39,038 nt of DNA, from NCBI RefSeq assembly GCF_001194135.2, contig NC_068998.1, positions 41,641,970 to 41,681,007 of the forward strand. The letters are read 5' to 3'. Source of the stretch: Octopus bimaculoides (Eukaryota). Positions 10,990-23,660 of the stretch are shown one piece after another. The notes under the pieces are model-generated. The model was not told where the DNA came from and ran no database searches. It saw nothing but the letters and a program-made list of their open reading frames with translations. The position numbers and the translations under genes were made by a program. How positions within the stretch are numbered: the stretch's first letter is position 1; each line of letters opens with the position of its first letter.

Positions 10990-12352
10990 TGGTTTGCATG
11001 AATACAGATGTACAGAGATTATAAATTACTTCATTGAGATGAATTGATGCTGTGTGCCAGGAATAGACACGATATAAAATAAAACTGTGTCCTTTGTGAA
11101 AAATTCTAAAAGGTTATTGATTTGGAGTTTGGTCAAGGTAAACGTCTCTATATGGTTGTAGAACGAGAAAAAATTGTAATGACTTGACAGTTTATCCTGT
11201 AACTGATTAGGAATTTTACAGATATCTAGGGATTAACGAAAGCATTTTTTAGCACCTGTAGCAAAGAACGGGGCACTAAGAAATATAACAGTCGGATATT
11301 TAAAAACATAGGAGCTTCAGAACTTACTGTATACAATAAAACAGTGAACTATAGCGTGTTTGTTGTGCCAGTACTGTATACAATAAAACAGTGAACTATA
11401 GCGTGTTTGTGCTACTTGATTGGATGCTTGATGAGACCATTTGTGTGAGCCATTAATGTGAAAATCCGAAAGATACTGGCCCGGAGAGATAATAAAACGG
11501 ATGCAAGGAAACAGGTTTATTATCGATTGAGAAAGATTTGAATGTTACATCTTATCTCTTCTGTAACATCTTTTAACGAATAAGAGTCTAATAAGTGTAT
11601 CCATTGATCACATCAGCATACACAAGGTCGATAACATCCTGAAACTTGGAATGCAGTTCTTAGAGAAATATTCCGTATCATAAACAAGTATACATGACCA
11701 AAGAAGTTGCACAACATCTCATCAGATTAAAGGATAACTCAATAGCGGCAGAAAGCTCTAGAATGATTGATAATCAAAGCACACTATCATGGAACAACCG
11801 TATTACTAGCTCTCAATTTGTAGGGTATCCATTTCTAATTCAGGAACATGAAATTACGAACAATTTGTCTGGTGCGCATAAAAAAGAGAGAATGCGCCGG
11901 TACAGGAAAAAAGATAACTCACATTATAAACAGTTGTCTGAAAATATCATTACGCTATCATCCGCTGGTGAGACATGATGTGTCCAAGATAATGTACAAT
12001 GGGATTTGTCGGAGAGATAACCTGAGATAAGAAGCCACAAAATAGTAGAGAACATAACCACTAATAATATGAAAAAGTATTGACAGAATGTCCATGCGAA
12101 ATCTTCAATATAATGCAAATATTATAGACCAAAAACAGTAATTTGTGATAGAAGAAAAAACTGCACAGTATTGGAACTCAGTTGCCTCAAAAACGTCAAA
12201 GCATCTTGAGATCGGTGAAAACGACAACACGTTGAACTATTGAGAAATTTTCTTCTTCTCCACTGGGATTAATCGTTCACATTTAAACCCTTAAGGCACT
12301 AGGACATGTAAACAACTGCCTCAGCGCACATCTTGAGAAATTAGGGTTCTGA
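10990..12352 (+). mobile_element. Decayed R4/Dong-type (RLE) LINE, RT to endonuclease region, copy 2
   Basis: Fragments DELMLCARN, LEFGQGKRLYMVVEREKI, YRYLGINES, SSQFVGYPFLIQEHEI, RYHPLVRHDVSKIMYN, CKYYRPKTVICDRRKNCTVLELSC and ALGHVNNCLSAHLEKLGF match the RT tail, RHD and PD-(D/E)-type RLE motifs in order. Confidence 0.75.
11325..11410. repeat. 39-bp exact direct repeat, period 47
   Basis: tactgtatacaataaaacagtgaactatagcgtgtttgt at 11325-11363 and 11372-11410. Confidence 0.9.
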
Positions 12353-13334
12353 AAACCAGTAAGGATGAAGTAAGTTAAAAGAGTATTTTTCAATGGAATT
12401 GTCAAAATATGTAAAACGTACCGAAAGTGTAGCATATGCATACATATACATTAGTCTAGACATGCAACTATATGTATGAGTATAGAGAGATAACAAAGAA
12501 CATACAGATCTGCTCATGCAAATCAATACACTTACCCCCACAACTACTTTGTCGATATTAAAATTACAATGAAAGAACCTGTCATCTTGTTTCGAAACCG
12601 ACTCTTCCCTCATTGGCAAGAAATCTGTGAATAAAACTAAACTACATGCATACATATATGAATATATACATAAAAAGTCTATATATATATATATACATTT
12701 TCAGTCACGCACGCAAACACACAAACACACACACACATCATATTGGATCGCATCACGACTCAGTATTGTAGACGAACTTCTCTCGTTTGCACTGTTTAAT
12801 CTCCGCCATGCCACCATAATCTAACTTAAGTGTCTGGGCGACATCACTAATGTTTACCAGGTCATGAAATCATCAGGAATCGATGTATCAAAGCATTTTA
12901 TTGGTAATTGATTACGTTAATACTCCTCATTAATACATCTAAAGTTCGATGGAATGACCCAGAGAGAAAATGTTGTACCAAAGGTTATTCTTTCTAATAA
13001 GTATTTAGCAACAACAAACTACGCTGTACGTTCAAATAAGCCCAGTAGATACACATCTCACTCTGATATTTCCCCCAAAGGATGACTTTAACATTCGCAG
13101 TTCGTTTGATGTAGAAATCATTCTAAATACTGTGAATGATTAACACAACAACTGTTAATTTTCCATTCTCCAATGAGCAGCACCACAGCCAGTACTGACA
13201 CCCCTACTATAAGCGTAAACTTGCCGCCGCTAGCACCACCTACGATAACGGTACTACACCATAATCGTTCCTGTTATGGAACGTAAGAAACTATCAGATG
13301 TTAGATCGTTTCAACGTATCATTACTTCAATTGT

Positions 13335-13525
13335 TACAATACATGGTCAGTTTTAATTGTTTCGGATAAGACATCGGGGTTTACAAAGGATGCCTTCTCC
13401 CATCACTCTTTTATGTTTTACCGCTTATTCCATAGGTGCACATGCTAGAGGCTTGGGGGGAGGGGCTTCTCACTTGCATTAGTGCATGGGAAAGCCGAGT
13501 CCGCATATGCAGATGATGCCATTGG
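13335..13525 (+). mobile_element. Decayed non-LTR reverse transcriptase fragment (domains 4-5)
   Basis: SGFYKGCLLPSLF resembles GVRQGCPLSPxLF; after a frameshift, AYADDAI at 13503-13523. Confidence 0.55.
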
Positions 13526-13624
13526 GTTCCCTACTGAAGGCATGCAAGACAAATCAATGGATTTGAAATTTGAGACGCAGGAATGCAGTTGAAATGCAGT
13601 TGCTTATGAAGCCTGAAATAATAT

Positions 13625-13800
13625 ATGTATGAACATGCATACATACATACATGCATACATGCATACATACATACATGCATACATACATACATACATGCAT
13701 ACATGCATACATACATATATGCATACATACATGCATACATACATACATATACATACATACACACACATACATATACAAACACACACACGCACACACACAT
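13625..13800. repeat. (CATA/CATG)n tetranucleotide tract
   Basis: Direct read. Confidence 0.9.
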
Positions 13801-14944
13801 ATATCTGTGTGGTGTGTGCGGTGCGGTCTGCAAAGAAGCTACACGTCAGTGTAAATAATTTAGTATTGTAAGGAAGTCATTGGAAGAATGAATGTGTGGA
13901 GGTAGACCCATCTCGAAACCAGAGCTTCAGTTACACACATTATGATTATGAGTTTTACATTTAACTAATTATCAAAAACTCATTGGAATAAAGTAATTAT
14001 TTTAAACTCATTATGTAGCGCATAAACTATTTTTCGAATGTTGGATATGCACCATAACAATGTAAATGCATTTGAGGTGGCTTTGACTTCATCTTAGGCT
14101 TGTTTTGATGAATGATGACAAAATAATGAATGTTTGGTATTCTTTAGTGAAGCAAGGACATGTTTGCTTTGAAGAGTATACATACAAATATTTCCAGAGA
14201 TATTTTCGTTGCTAACAACAAATTAATAAATCTTCACGAGTGTTTAGGACCGAATTTCATGAAAGAATCCATGTCTTTTATACTTTTCGTAAAAGCATGG
14301 ATCATATCCATCGTATTCTTCAGTTTAATGTTTGACTTGCTGTAATATTTTTCAAATAATGTTATATTTCATTTCATATTATATTGTTATTTCAGAAAAG
14401 ATAATCTCAAATTTCATAAACTTGTACCGAATATCATTTCCAAATTTCTATAAGAATAATTACGTTAATGAAATCACTTCTTAAAAGTATTTTCCGTTAA
14501 CCTGATATAATCTCTAGAAATGATATTATCAGCTGTAAATAATTTCGTACAATAAACTATGAATCTCGTAAGATATGAATTACAAATAATAATAAAAAAC
14601 CTATACGTCTTCATTTCCTTTATATGTCGACATTTATATTTCCTCGCCAAAAAATGTCTGTATGTTAAAGTATAATTTTACAATTACCAAAATCTGTTCT
14701 AAGATATATTCTGGACAGCATCATATTTCTTTCGTTGATTAATTCTTCCGTTACAAAAGCAACAATTGTGTAGATGCTAAGGCATTACACGACAAAGTTA
14801 ATAAGTCTCTGACATTTCATATTTCAAGAATTATTACTTTCTTGGTACAAGTATTTAGTTTATGATATTAGCGTCTGTTGAAAGTCTATCTGTTGAGAAA
14901 ACAGATATTGAGATGACTATAATGCATTGTATTATTTACTGTTG

Positions 14945-15150
14945 CAAGGTGACACGCCGGAAGAAGCGTTAGCACTCCGGACAAAACGATTAGCGGCATT
15001 TTGTCAGCCTAACATCCTGCCGAGCTCAAGTTTGTCTTTCATCTATTCCAGGGTCGATAGAATGAATACCCGTTAATTACCGGGGTCGATGAAATCGCCT
15101 AGCGCCCTTCCCTCTAATTTCAGGTCTTGTGCTTAAAGAACAAAGGATTA
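14945..15150 (+). mobile_element. Decayed SINE family B copy with internal deletion
   Basis: gcgttagcactccggacaaaacgattagcggcatt...gtttgtctttcatctattccagggtcgatag...ggggtcgatgaaatcg. Confidence 0.65.
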
Positions 15151-15427
15151 TTTTGATTAGTGGGCTTGCCTTGTGACTCCAAATCTCGCAGAAATCGATT
15201 CCACAATTACACATGTTTTTGTTGCCCCAATAGTGAGCATGTGTGGATATGTGTTTGTGTATGTGTGAGTGTGGAAAGGGTTCTGTAATATAAATATCAT
15301 TGATATAAAGACGGATGCACTACACTATTCCAACCACGTGTTAGAAATCAATAAATCATGTGCACGCGCAGACACGGACATGAACAAAATGCGTGATGCA
15401 GTTGTGATTATATTATTTTATTCTTTT

Positions 15428-15485
15428 ATTTGTTTCAGTCATTTGACTGCGGCTATGTGGGAGCACCGACATTAGTCGAACAAAT
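15428..15485 (-). mobile_element. SINE family A 3' tail end
   Basis: Reverse complement atttgttcgactaatgtcggtgctcccacatagccgcagtcaaatgactgaaacaaa, similar to 31790-31820. Confidence 0.6.
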
Positions 15486-15521
15486 GTGTATGTATTTACA
15501 TATTCTGCATGGGTGTACATG

Positions 15522-15573
<52 letters not shown>

Positions 15574-16293
15574 NNNNNNNNNNNNNNNNNNNNNNNNNNN
15601 NNNNNNNNNNNNNNNNNNNNNNNNNNNNNNNNNNNNNNNNNNNNNNNNNNNNNNNNNNNNNNNNNNNNNNNNNNNNNNNNNNNNNNNNNNNNNNNNNNNN
15701 NNNNNNNNNNNNNNNNNNNNNNNNNNNNNNNNNNNNNNNNNNNNNNNNNNNNNNNNNNNNNNNNNNNNNNNNNNNNNNNNNNNNNNNNNNNNNNNNNNNN
15801 NNNNNNNNNNNNNNNNNNNNNNNNNNNNNNNNNNNNNNNNNNNNNNNNNNNNNNNNNNNNNNNNNNNNNNNNNNNNNNNNNNNNNNNNNNNNNNNNNNNN
15901 NNNNNNNNNNNNNNNNNNNNNNNNNNNNNNNNNNNNNNNNNNNNNNNNNNNNNNNNNNNNNNNNNNNNNNNNNNNNNNNNNNNNNNNNNNNNNNNNNNNN
16001 NNNNNNNNNNNNNNNNNNNNNNNNNNNNNNNNNNNNNNNNNNNNNNNNNNNNNNNNNNNNNNNNNNNNNNNNNNNNNNNNNNNNNNNNNNNNNNNNNNNN
16101 NNNNNNNNNNNNNNNNNNNNNNNNNNNNNNNNNNNNNNNNNNNNNNNNNNNNNNNNNNNNNNNNNNNNNNNNNNNNNNNNNNNNNNNNNNNNNNNNNNNN
16201 NNNNNNNNNNNNNNNNNNNNNNNNNNNNNNNNNNNNNNNNNNNNNNNNNNNNNNNNNNNNNNNNNNNNNNNNNNNNNNNNNNNNNNNNNNNNN

Positions 16294-16328
<35 letters not shown>

Positions 16329-16360
16329 TATATACATACATATATATATACATACATACA

Positions 16361-16530
16361 ATGAGCAGAACTTACCTGCAGGTATTGGTAGTGCAAATCA
16401 GAGGTGCAATCTGTATGGGTGTTTTTTTCAAAACACTGTCTGGTTTAAAAAGACACATTAGACACCAGGAAAGGACTAAGGTGGAGGTGCAGAAGGTGGT
16501 CAATCTCTGTGAAAGGAGTAGACAACCACC
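16361..16530 (+). mobile_element. RTE-type LINE extreme 3' end with decayed C2H2-like finger
   Basis: RCNLYG/FFKTLSGLKRHIRHQ across a frameshift, then a short UTR ending gagtagacaaccacc before (TA)n. Confidence 0.55.
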
Positions 16531-16596
<66 letters not shown>

Positions 16597-16629
16597 ATAT
16601 GTATATATAGCTTTAGGTGTCATGTGAAC

Positions 16630-16950
16630 AATGCAGGACTGAGCCGATCACGCCATGTTATTATTCTTTGTTCCTTTGTTTTCTGTGACATGTACATCTT
16701 GGTGATGTTTAAAGCCTCTTTCTGTCAATCTTTTTGTCCAGCTGGGCATGCATATCATCCTTCTCCATCGTCTGCTTATTTCCACTTCAAACTTTACTGT
16801 TATCGCTAAATACTGTAGCCCATCTTTATTCATCACATGACCAACAAATTTCTTGCTGCTTGGCCCTTATCACAAGAAGCATTTTCCTATTTACCGGGTC
16901 GTCACCTCATCATCAAAAGGTGCTCGGAGTGCCGTGGAACATGATCCTTA
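16630..16950 (-). mobile_element. Decayed RTE-clade LINE 3' end, homologous to 2500-2790
   Basis: Minus strand VNRKMLLVIRAKQ/FVGHVMNKDGLQYLAITVKFE aligns by eye with the 2325-2800 copy. Confidence 0.75.
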
Positions 16951-18402
16951 AGAACAATATCTAGCTATCTATTTATACATACCTATATATATATANNNNN
17001 NNNNNNNNNNNNNNNNNNNNNNNNNNNNNNNNNNNNNNNNNNNNNNNNNNNNNNNNNNNNNNNNNNNNNNNNNNNNNNNNNNNNNNNNNNNNNNNNNNNN
17101 NNNNNNNNNNNNNNNNNNNNNNNNNNNNNNNNNNNNNNNNNNNNNNNNNNNNNNNNNNNNNNNNNNNNNNNNNNNNNNNNNNNNNNNNNNNNNNNNNNNN
17201 NNNNNNNNNNNNNNNNNNNNNNNNNNNNNNNNNNNNNNNNNNNNNNNNNNNNNNNNNNNNNNNNNNNNNNNNNNNNNNNNNNNNNNNNNNNNNNNNNNNN
17301 NNNNNNNNNNNNNNNNNNNNNNNNNNNNNNNNNNNNNNNNNNNNNNNNNNNNNNNNNNNNNNNNNNNNNNNNNNNNNNNNNNNNNNNNNNNNNNNNNNNN
17401 NNNNNNNNNNNNNNNNNNNNNNNNNNNNNNNNNNNNNNNNNNNNNNNNNNNNNNNNNNNNNNNNNNNNNNNNNNNNNNNNNNNNNNNNNNNNNNNNNNNN
17501 NNNNNNNNNNNNNNNNNNNNNNNNNNNNNNNNNNNNNNNNNNNNNNNNNNNNNNNNNNNNNNNNNNNNNNNNNNNNNNNNNNNNNNNNNNNNNNNNNNNN
17601 NNNNNNNNNNNNNNNNNNNNNNNNNNNNNNNNNNNNNNNNNNNNNNNNNNNNNNNNNNNNNNNNNNNNNNNNNNNNNNNNNNNNNNNNNNNNNNNNNNNN
17701 NNNNNNNNNNNNNNNNNNNNNNNNNNNNNNNNNNNNNNNNNNNNNNNNNNNNNNNNNNNNNNNNNNNNNNNNNNNNNNNNNNNNNNNNNNNNNNNNNNNN
17801 NNNNNNNNNNNNNNNNNNNNNNNNNNNNNNNNNNNNNNNNNNNNNNNNNNNNNNNNNNNNNNNNNNNNNNNNNNNNNNNNNNNNNNNNNNNNNNNNNNNN
17901 NNNNNNNNNNNNNTATATATATATATATATATACAGTGTATATATTGCAAAATTCCACATATGTGGAAATGTTTACATCATATGTATCTGCAGAATATAA
18001 TTGTTGCGTATACATACACGCACACACATACATGCACACGCACCCAAAGATATATATGTCCATATGTCCATATATAAGTGTGTGTGCTTGTGATGTGTAT
18101 GTATATATATATATATATATATAATATTAATAATACATAAATATATATTTATAAATATATGGATGTATCTGTGTGGTTTATATATATATGTGATATGTGT
18201 GATTACTTTAATATAGATAAGTTCAGAACCATGCTTTCGTGTATGTGAGATCATTTGCGTATGCACAATACAGTATAACATAAAGATACACACAATTGCA
18301 TGACAGAAAGCTCATATTTAAATAATCAATATAATTGCATATTTAATCAACAGCACTCAATCAGACTCACAAGCATTTCTATGTATATGTATGTGTGTAT
18401 CA

Positions 18403-18483
<81 letters not shown>

Positions 18484-19407
18484 AATTTATCCCGCTCACA
18501 CTCTCTCACACACATACACTCTCTCTCCCTGTATATATATATATATATATATATAATNNNNNNNNNNNNNNNNNNNNNNNNNNNNNNNNNNNNNNNNNNN
18601 NNNNNNNNNNNNNNNNNNNNNNNNNNNNNNNNNNNNNNNNNNNNNNNNNNNNNNNNNNNNNNNNNNNNNNNNNNNNNNNNNNNNNNNNNNNNNNNNNNNN
18701 NNNNNNNNNNNNNNNNNNNNNNNNNNNNNNNNNNNNNNNNNNNNNNNNNNNNNNNNNNNNNNNNNNNNNNNNNNNNNNNNNNNNNNNNNNNNNNNNNNNN
18801 NNNNNNNNNNNNNNNNNNNNNNNNNNNNNNNNNNNNNNNNNNNNNNNNNNNNNNNNNNNNNNNNNNNNNNNNNNNNNNNNNNNNNNNNNNNNNNNNNNNN
18901 NNNNNNNNNNNNNNNNNNNNNNNNNNNNNNNNNNNNNNNNNNNNNNNNNNNNNNNNNNNNNNNNNNNNNNNNNNNNNNNNNNNNNNNNNNNNNNNNNNNN
19001 NNNNNNNNNNNNNNNNNNNNNNNNNNNNNNNNNNNNNNNNNNNNNNNNNNNNNNNNNNNNNNNNNNNNNNNNNNNNNNNNNNNNNNNNNNNNNNNNNNNN
19101 NNNNNNNNNNNNNNNNNNNNNNNNNNNNNNNNNNNNNNNNNNNNNNNNNNNNNNNNNNNNNNNNNNNNNNNNNNNNNNNNNNNNNNNNNNNNNNNNNNNN
19201 NNNNNNNNNNNNNNNNNNNNNNNNNNNNNNNNNNNNNNNNNNNNNNNNNNNNNNNNNNNNNNNNNNNNNNNNNNNNNNNNNNNNNNNNNNNNNNNNNNNN
19301 NNNNNNNNNNNNNNNNNNTATATATATATATATGTGTGTGTGTGTATGTGTGTGTGCGTGTGTATATATATACGTACACGCATACATACATGCATACATA
19401 CATACAT

Positions 19408-19435
<28 letters not shown>

Positions 19436-19438
<3 letters not shown>

Positions 19439-19538
19439 CGACTGTCTTTCATTTTCCGGATACCAAATCCATTCATAAGGCTTCGGTCGGCTCATGTGGT
19501 TGGGAAAAATGCTTCTTACCACACAACCGCCGCCTGTT
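19436..19538 (-). mobile_element. SINE family A head with internal deletion
   Basis: Reverse complement caggcggcggttgtgtggtaagaagcatttttcccaaccacatg joined directly to gccgaccgaagccttatgaatggatttgg...gaaagacagtcgtata. Confidence 0.75.
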
Positions 19539-19864
19539 TAAGTTATGTAGTAAACAGACGAGATTCATAGCTTCTCAGTATGGGAAACGTTTAGTAGTGC
19601 TCGAATGCTACGAACTTAGACTGCGATGCCTTTGCGATGAAACAATTCCATGGGTTAAACAGTTGCTACAATAGCGACCAAGGTGAGCAAATATGAAGGC
19701 AATTACGCAGATAAACAGCTTGGATTTGATATACCATATATGTGTATATGTATACATGCAAACAGATAGAAAACAAAGACTGATAACTTTCAGACGAGGA
19801 CTATTTAAGAATAAATATATAGTTATATTAATAGATCGAACGTCCACAGAGTACAAACTACAGA

Positions 19865-20325
19865 GAAGGTGAGTAGCGTGTGATTTTTGCATTGACTATG
19901 ACAGAGAAGTTGTGATATTGATACTTGCTCAGCAACCTACGCAAAATTGCAGAAAGTGTATGGAGAGGATTTTATGAGCCTCAAACAAGTGTACGAATGG
20001 TTCAGACGTTTCCAAGATGGCCGATAAAATGTCGATATTGACGAACGTTCTGGGAGACTCGCGACCAGCAGAACTAAGAAAAATATCGCAGATGCGCTTG
20101 CAGTTTTGAAAGGAAATCGTCGAATGACTATCCGTGAGTTATCAGAGAACGTGGAGACTAGTTACGGTGCAGTTCAGTCCATTATCACGGCAGATTTGGG
20201 AATGAGACGCGTGTGTGCCAAGTTTGTCCCAAAACTGCTTTCAGGTGACCAAAAGGACACTTGGGTTTCATTTGCACAAAATCTCCTCGATTGTGTTGAG
20301 ACCGATCAAAACTTTTTGAAAACTT
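19865..20325 (+). mobile_element. Mariner (Tc1/mariner) transposase pseudogene, N-terminal HTH half
   Basis: DTCSATYAKLQKVYGEDFMSLKQVYEWFRRFQDGR*NVDIDERSGR...NRRMTIRELSE...DLGMRRVCAKFVPKLLSGDQK is the mariner DNA-binding region with the WVP-equivalent linker (FVPK). It ends before the catalytic TGDE motif. Confidence 0.9.
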
Positions 20326-20567
20326 TACGTAGGCAAAATTTGATGCCGATTCACTGCTGAACTTTCAGCCATGGTCAATGCTACGATCACACGCTACACA
20401 CCTTTTTTCCAAGCACTGATGTAAACAGCTGAACTGAGCTAGAACGTTAAATCTTAGTGCACATGCAAAGCAAGACTCCAAAGTCAATCTATACCAATTG
20501 GCTTCACTTTGCTTGCTTTAGCTTCGTTACTGAGGCAACAGTCCGGATACTTATTGTTCAGATTTCG
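20326..20567 (-). mobile_element. Mariner 5' end (TIR, 5'UTR, first codons) in opposite orientation
   Basis: Minus strand TA|cgaaatctgaacaataagtatccggactg is a mariner-like TIR; ATG at 20372 leads to MAE...IGIKFCLR; the pre-ATG sequence gtagcgtgtgatcgtagcattgacc matches 19873-19897. Confidence 0.75.
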
Positions 20568-20702
20568 TATATGTAATTTCTGGTTCTGTTTATATTTTAA
20601 AATTCATAATTGTTATGTTTACCATTTAGAGTACATATGTATCTATGTATACCTCTCTCTCTATCTCTCTCTCTCTCTCTCAATCTATCTATCTTTATGT
20701 TA

Positions 20703-20748
<46 letters not shown>

Positions 20749-20777
20749 GCGTGTTTGTGTCTTTGTGCCTGTGTGCG

Positions 20778-20829
<52 letters not shown>

Positions 20830-21044
20830 CCCTACACACATGCTTATACAGGCACACATTTGTATCAACATATATTAATATGTCTATAGATAACGTGCAT
20901 ATATTTACACACACATACATATGTATGCCATGTTGTTTACTGTTTAAAAGTATTTTATATAATACATGGCTATCCTTAAAAAAATTATCACTTCTGTAAT
21001 ATGTTTATAACACTTGTACTTCGCCTGTATTTGTTCTGCTGTCA

Positions 21045-21137
21045 TGTTGTTGTTGTTGTTGCTGTTGTTGTTGTTGTTGTTGTTGTTGTGGTTCTTCTTC
21101 TTCTTCTTCCTCTTCTTCTTCTTCTTCTTCCTCTTCC

Positions 21138-21169
<32 letters not shown>

Positions 21170-21204
21170 CTCCTCTTCTTCTTCTACTTCCTCTTCTTCT
21201 TCCC

Positions 21205-21238
<34 letters not shown>

Positions 21239-21242
21239 CTTT

Positions 21243-21274
<32 letters not shown>

Positions 21275-21310
21275 TTCTTCTTCATCTTCCTCTTCTTCTT
21301 CTTCTTCTTC

Positions 21311-21342
<32 letters not shown>

Positions 21343-21634
21343 CTTCATCTTCCACCTCTTCTCTTCTTCTTCCTCTCCTTCTTCTTCTTCATCTTCCTCT
21401 TCCTCTTCTTCTTCTTCTTCTTCTTCTTCTTCTTCATCTTCCACTTTCTTCCTCTTCTTCTTCTTCTTCTTCTTCTTTCTCTTCTTCTTCCTCTTCCTCT
21501 TCTTCTTCTTCTTCTTCTTCTTCTTCTTCCTCTTCCTCTTCCTCTTCTTCTTCTTCTTCTTCTTCTTCTTCTTCCCCTTCTTCTTCTTCTTCTTCTTCTT
21601 CTTCTTCTTCTTCTTTCTTCTTCTTCTTCTTCTT

Positions 21635-21665
<31 letters not shown>

Positions 21666-21845
21666 TTATTATTGTTATCCGCTCGATTGTTTTTCAATTT
21701 TCTCTTCTACTACTTAATGCTTTTGTAGTGGTAGTGGTAGTGGTAGTGGTAGTGGTGGTGGTTATTCTTATTGTTATCGTCACGGTCGTCATCTTCAGCT
21801 TTGTTTTCTTTCCTCCTGCCCATCTCTTCTTCCTCCTCCTCCTAA
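21045..21845. repeat. Compound triplet array: (GTT)n, ~580 bp (CTT/CCT)n, (GTA/GTG)n, (CCT)n
   Basis: Direct read; source of the poly-E/L/F/S pseudo-ORFs. Confidence 0.95.
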
Positions 21846-22630
21846 GCATCATTATTATTGCTGTTTTTATTATTGTTATGCCCATTGAATGCAGTATCCC
21901 TATTTTCAAAATTTAAGCAATGTCTTAAAGAAGGAAAAAATATAAAAAGACAAACAAGAAAATCTCGTAATGTTTTTCCTAATACATTCAAATATAATTT
22001 TATTTTCTTTCAAATGAATTTAGTTCTCCAATAACAACGCTATAGAACACAGGTTTCAAACATCTTTCACTTTTTTTTTGTTTTGTTTTAGCAGGAACCA
22101 AATATAATCAATAGACTCAGTGAACAAGTATATGCAGCACGACGTTATATTTTTACGCTGTAAGGAAGAACTTTATATGTGTTCAACGTTTCGATGAATA
22201 GTCCTTCGACGTTAGCGGAGAAAATGTTTTTGAAGATAAATAGCAAAGTACATAAAATGAGTAGTATGCCACGTTTTTCGAAGGTATAAGTGATTGTAGA
22301 AAATAGGAATGTCATACAAAAGAGAAGAGTGGGGTGCGTGAAATGCAGGTAAAAGTACATAGCAGCTTGTGTGGTACATTTCTGTGTGTATATGTTTGTG
22401 AAAACTAGTGAGTGTAACTGCGAAGAAGGAGGTCGTGTGTTTATATGCTGTGTGCTTCGTAATATTTTCTGCGAAATCTGTTGGCGCGTTCTATACTACT
22501 GAGATTTGTGTGGGTATATGCGGATGTAACGTGAATTTAGACGTACGTTGCTAAAGAAAAGAAAACGATTAATTAAATCATAGTGTACGAAGCTAAAAAA
22601 TTTATCCGTAACGCGACGACATCGAATAAT

Positions 22631-22859
22631 TTATTATTTCTTTATTGCCCACAAGGGGCTAAACAAGGGGACAAACAAGGACGGACAAAGGGATTAAGTC
22701 GATAACATCGACCCCAGTGCGTAACTGGTACTTAATTTATCGACCCCGAAAGGATGAAAAGCAAAGTCGACTTGAGTGGAATTTGAACTCAGAACGTAAC
22801 GGCAGACGAAATACCGCTAAGTATTTCGCCCAGCGTGCTAACATTTCTGCCAGCTCGCC
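22631..22859 (-). mobile_element. Near full-length SINE family B (tRNA-derived head, conserved central domain, 3' tail)
   Basis: Minus strand: A-box-like tggcagaaatgttag, B-box-like gagttcaaattcc, central ttttcatcctttcggggtcgataaattaagtaccag, tail ending gggcaataaagaaataataa. Confidence 0.9.
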
Positions 22860-22969
22860 TCTTTTGCCAGCTTGCCCCTTACATCGGACAATTTCTGCTA
22901 CACGCATCGCTGCGTAGCTGTCTCCCACAATGCTCAGCCTGGCAACCAGCCCGGATAATATCCTCTACT

Positions 22970-23660
22970 GCCAAGCTCATAGCAACCCTTAATTGTTCCT
23001 CTTTTCCTAACGACTTTTTGTAACAGATCACTGTCATCAATAGGGTATCCTTGTACAGTAATCTGCTCGTTGGTTATGTTGAACCCCAGATCATCATCCA
23101 CCCAATCCACAAGCACCATCCTCAAATTTTTCATGTTTATACCATGGACAGTACGAACACCACTTCCCTCACCCCTGAGGCGGTCAACCCCTTCCAGAGT
23201 GCCTTACAATTTACAGCCACCATTACTATAACCTCTGTCGACTTTCTCGACAACCAGCTGTTGATATTATCAACTCCAATTTCTCTATATTATATGCACA
23301 TTTTATTTGTACCCAATGACTATCACTATCTTCTCGGCTTCCCTGTATCACAGCCCCTTCACACTACCTCTGTTATCCTCTGCTCCCAATTCCTCCCATT
23401 CGCAGTAACTCCACCGATTTTGAGAGACAGCTTCAGTGAATGATCTGTTATTTCACGCAAAGCGGATACTCCGAACTGTAGACGATCCTTGCTTTCGCAC
23501 ACGCAATATCGGTAACGTGTCTGCCATCGAGTTCCTTCCTACAATCAAATACATTCGTTTTAGTCTCACCTACAATCACCTACAGTCGCGTTACCTCTGT
23601 AGAGTACCATCCTACAGTTCTTCCGTCTCCTTGAATCTAACATCGATCCTGCCCACCACT
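22970..23660 (+). mobile_element. Decayed Penelope-like element reverse transcriptase C-terminal region
   Basis: YSNLLVGYVEPQI (cf. YANLFMGxxE), LQFTATITITSVDFLD (cf. IKFT..V.FLD), VPNDYHYLLGFPVSQPLHTTSVILCSQFL (cf. KPTD.H.YL...S.HP.H....I.YSQFL). Confidence 0.7.

Noticed and set aside
12840-12880. Minus-strand CTGATGA
   Set aside because: No stem II/GAAA in register and no stem I.
14040-14350. Minus-strand protein-like fragment IKLKNTMDMIHAFTKSIKDMDSFMKFGPKH
   Set aside because: Flanked by stops with no recognisable domain; cannot be supported as a host exon.
4966-19674. Long ORFs of 200-430 aa in the ORF track (e.g. 4966-5804, 6723-7592, 15413-16627, 16969-18063, 18300-19674)
   Set aside because: They run through N gaps and (TA)/(CA) tracts, so they are not evidence of coding.
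21001-21916. Poly-Leu/Glu/Phe/Ser ORFs
   Set aside because: Translations of a triplet microsatellite, open in several frames on both strands.
22170-22220. Minus-strand CTAACGT...GAAACGTT resembling a hammerhead
   Set aside because: No stem I complementarity and two core mismatches.
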